In this document: positions 5,904 through 6,175 of the stretch, piece by piece | Numbering within the stretch: position 1 is the first letter of the stretch | Layout of the letters: every line of letters begins with the position of its first letter | From: an uncultured archaeon | GTDB lineage: Archaea; Asgardarchaeota; Thorarchaeia; Thorarchaeales; Thorarchaeaceae | Assembly (NCBI GenBank): GCA_964354495.1 | Contig: CAYHAA010000042.1 | Location: 1 to 6,175, forward strand | Reading direction: 5' to 3' | DNA: 6,175 nucleotides | Translations under genes and position numbers: made by a program | The notes under the pieces: generated by a model | The model's input: the letters and a program-made list of their open reading frames with translations, nothing else | Database searches by the model: none | Told to the model about the DNA's origin: nothing

Positions 5904-6175
5904 AACACATGCGCAATGGGGAGACATCGCTTGATGGCTTCACGACCATTCTCAACCTGATAGAGTTCCCAAAGGCTGTCACACTCAAAGGTCTTGATAT
6001 TCTCATTCCAGGCAAGGATGATTATGACAGAGGATTCGAGATGTCAATCCTGCTGCTCAAGGCTGGAACACCTATCCCTGCCATTGACATTGTGCTGGCT
6101 GCCATTGCTACTAACCGAGGATTAGTCTTGCATACGAAGGACCAACACTTTGAGCATGTTCGCAGGATTGACGGT
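5867..6175 (+). CDS. vapC: PIN-domain ribonuclease toxin, VapC-type (3' end beyond the window)
   Basis: Translated by hand (not in the ORF track): METPLYDTNVLIEHMRNGETSLDGFTTILNLIEFPKAVTLKGLDILIPGKDDYDRGFEMSILLLKAGTPIPAIDIVLAAIATNRGLVLHTKDQHFEHVRRIDG... It is open to the window edge. The PIN acidic quartet is present: D7 (YDTNVL), E33, D74, D92 (TKDQHF). SD-like GAGGG at 5855-5859. Overlaps the antitoxin by 37 nt. Confidence 0.9.
   Translation, partial: METPLYDTNVLIEHMRNGETSLDGFTTILNLIEFPKAVTLKGLDILIPGKDDYDRGFEMSILLLKAGTPIPAIDIVLAAIATNRGLVLHTKDQHFEHVRRIDG

Overview
This is a gene-dense, archaeal-looking window. The evidence for that is TATA-box-like promoters (TTAAGTA, TTAAATA), an apparently leaderless gene and an archaeal-type RHH+PIN toxin-antitoxin pair; an Asgard/Thorarchaeia-like origin is inference only. 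From left to right it contains: (i) two tandem minus-strand paralogues, each encoding a signal peptide, seven ~63-aa SBBP-type beta-propeller repeats and a C-terminal membrane anchor; (ii) a ~97-bp AT-rich divergent intergenic region with a 25-bp imperfect palindrome; (iii) a regulator made of two tandem GbsR/MarR-like winged-HTH modules; (iv) a possible 20-codon ORF on the minus strand; (v) an N-terminally anchored five-bladed beta-propeller of the GH43/32/68/130-like fold that appears to lack the canonical catalytic residues; (vi) a vapBC-type module whose PIN toxin runs off the window end and is absent from the supplied ORF track. The most interesting reading, which is unproven, is a regulated module of surface-displayed beta-propellers arranged around a double-wHTH regulator. 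I saw no rRNA, tRNA, CRISPR array, transposase or integrase.
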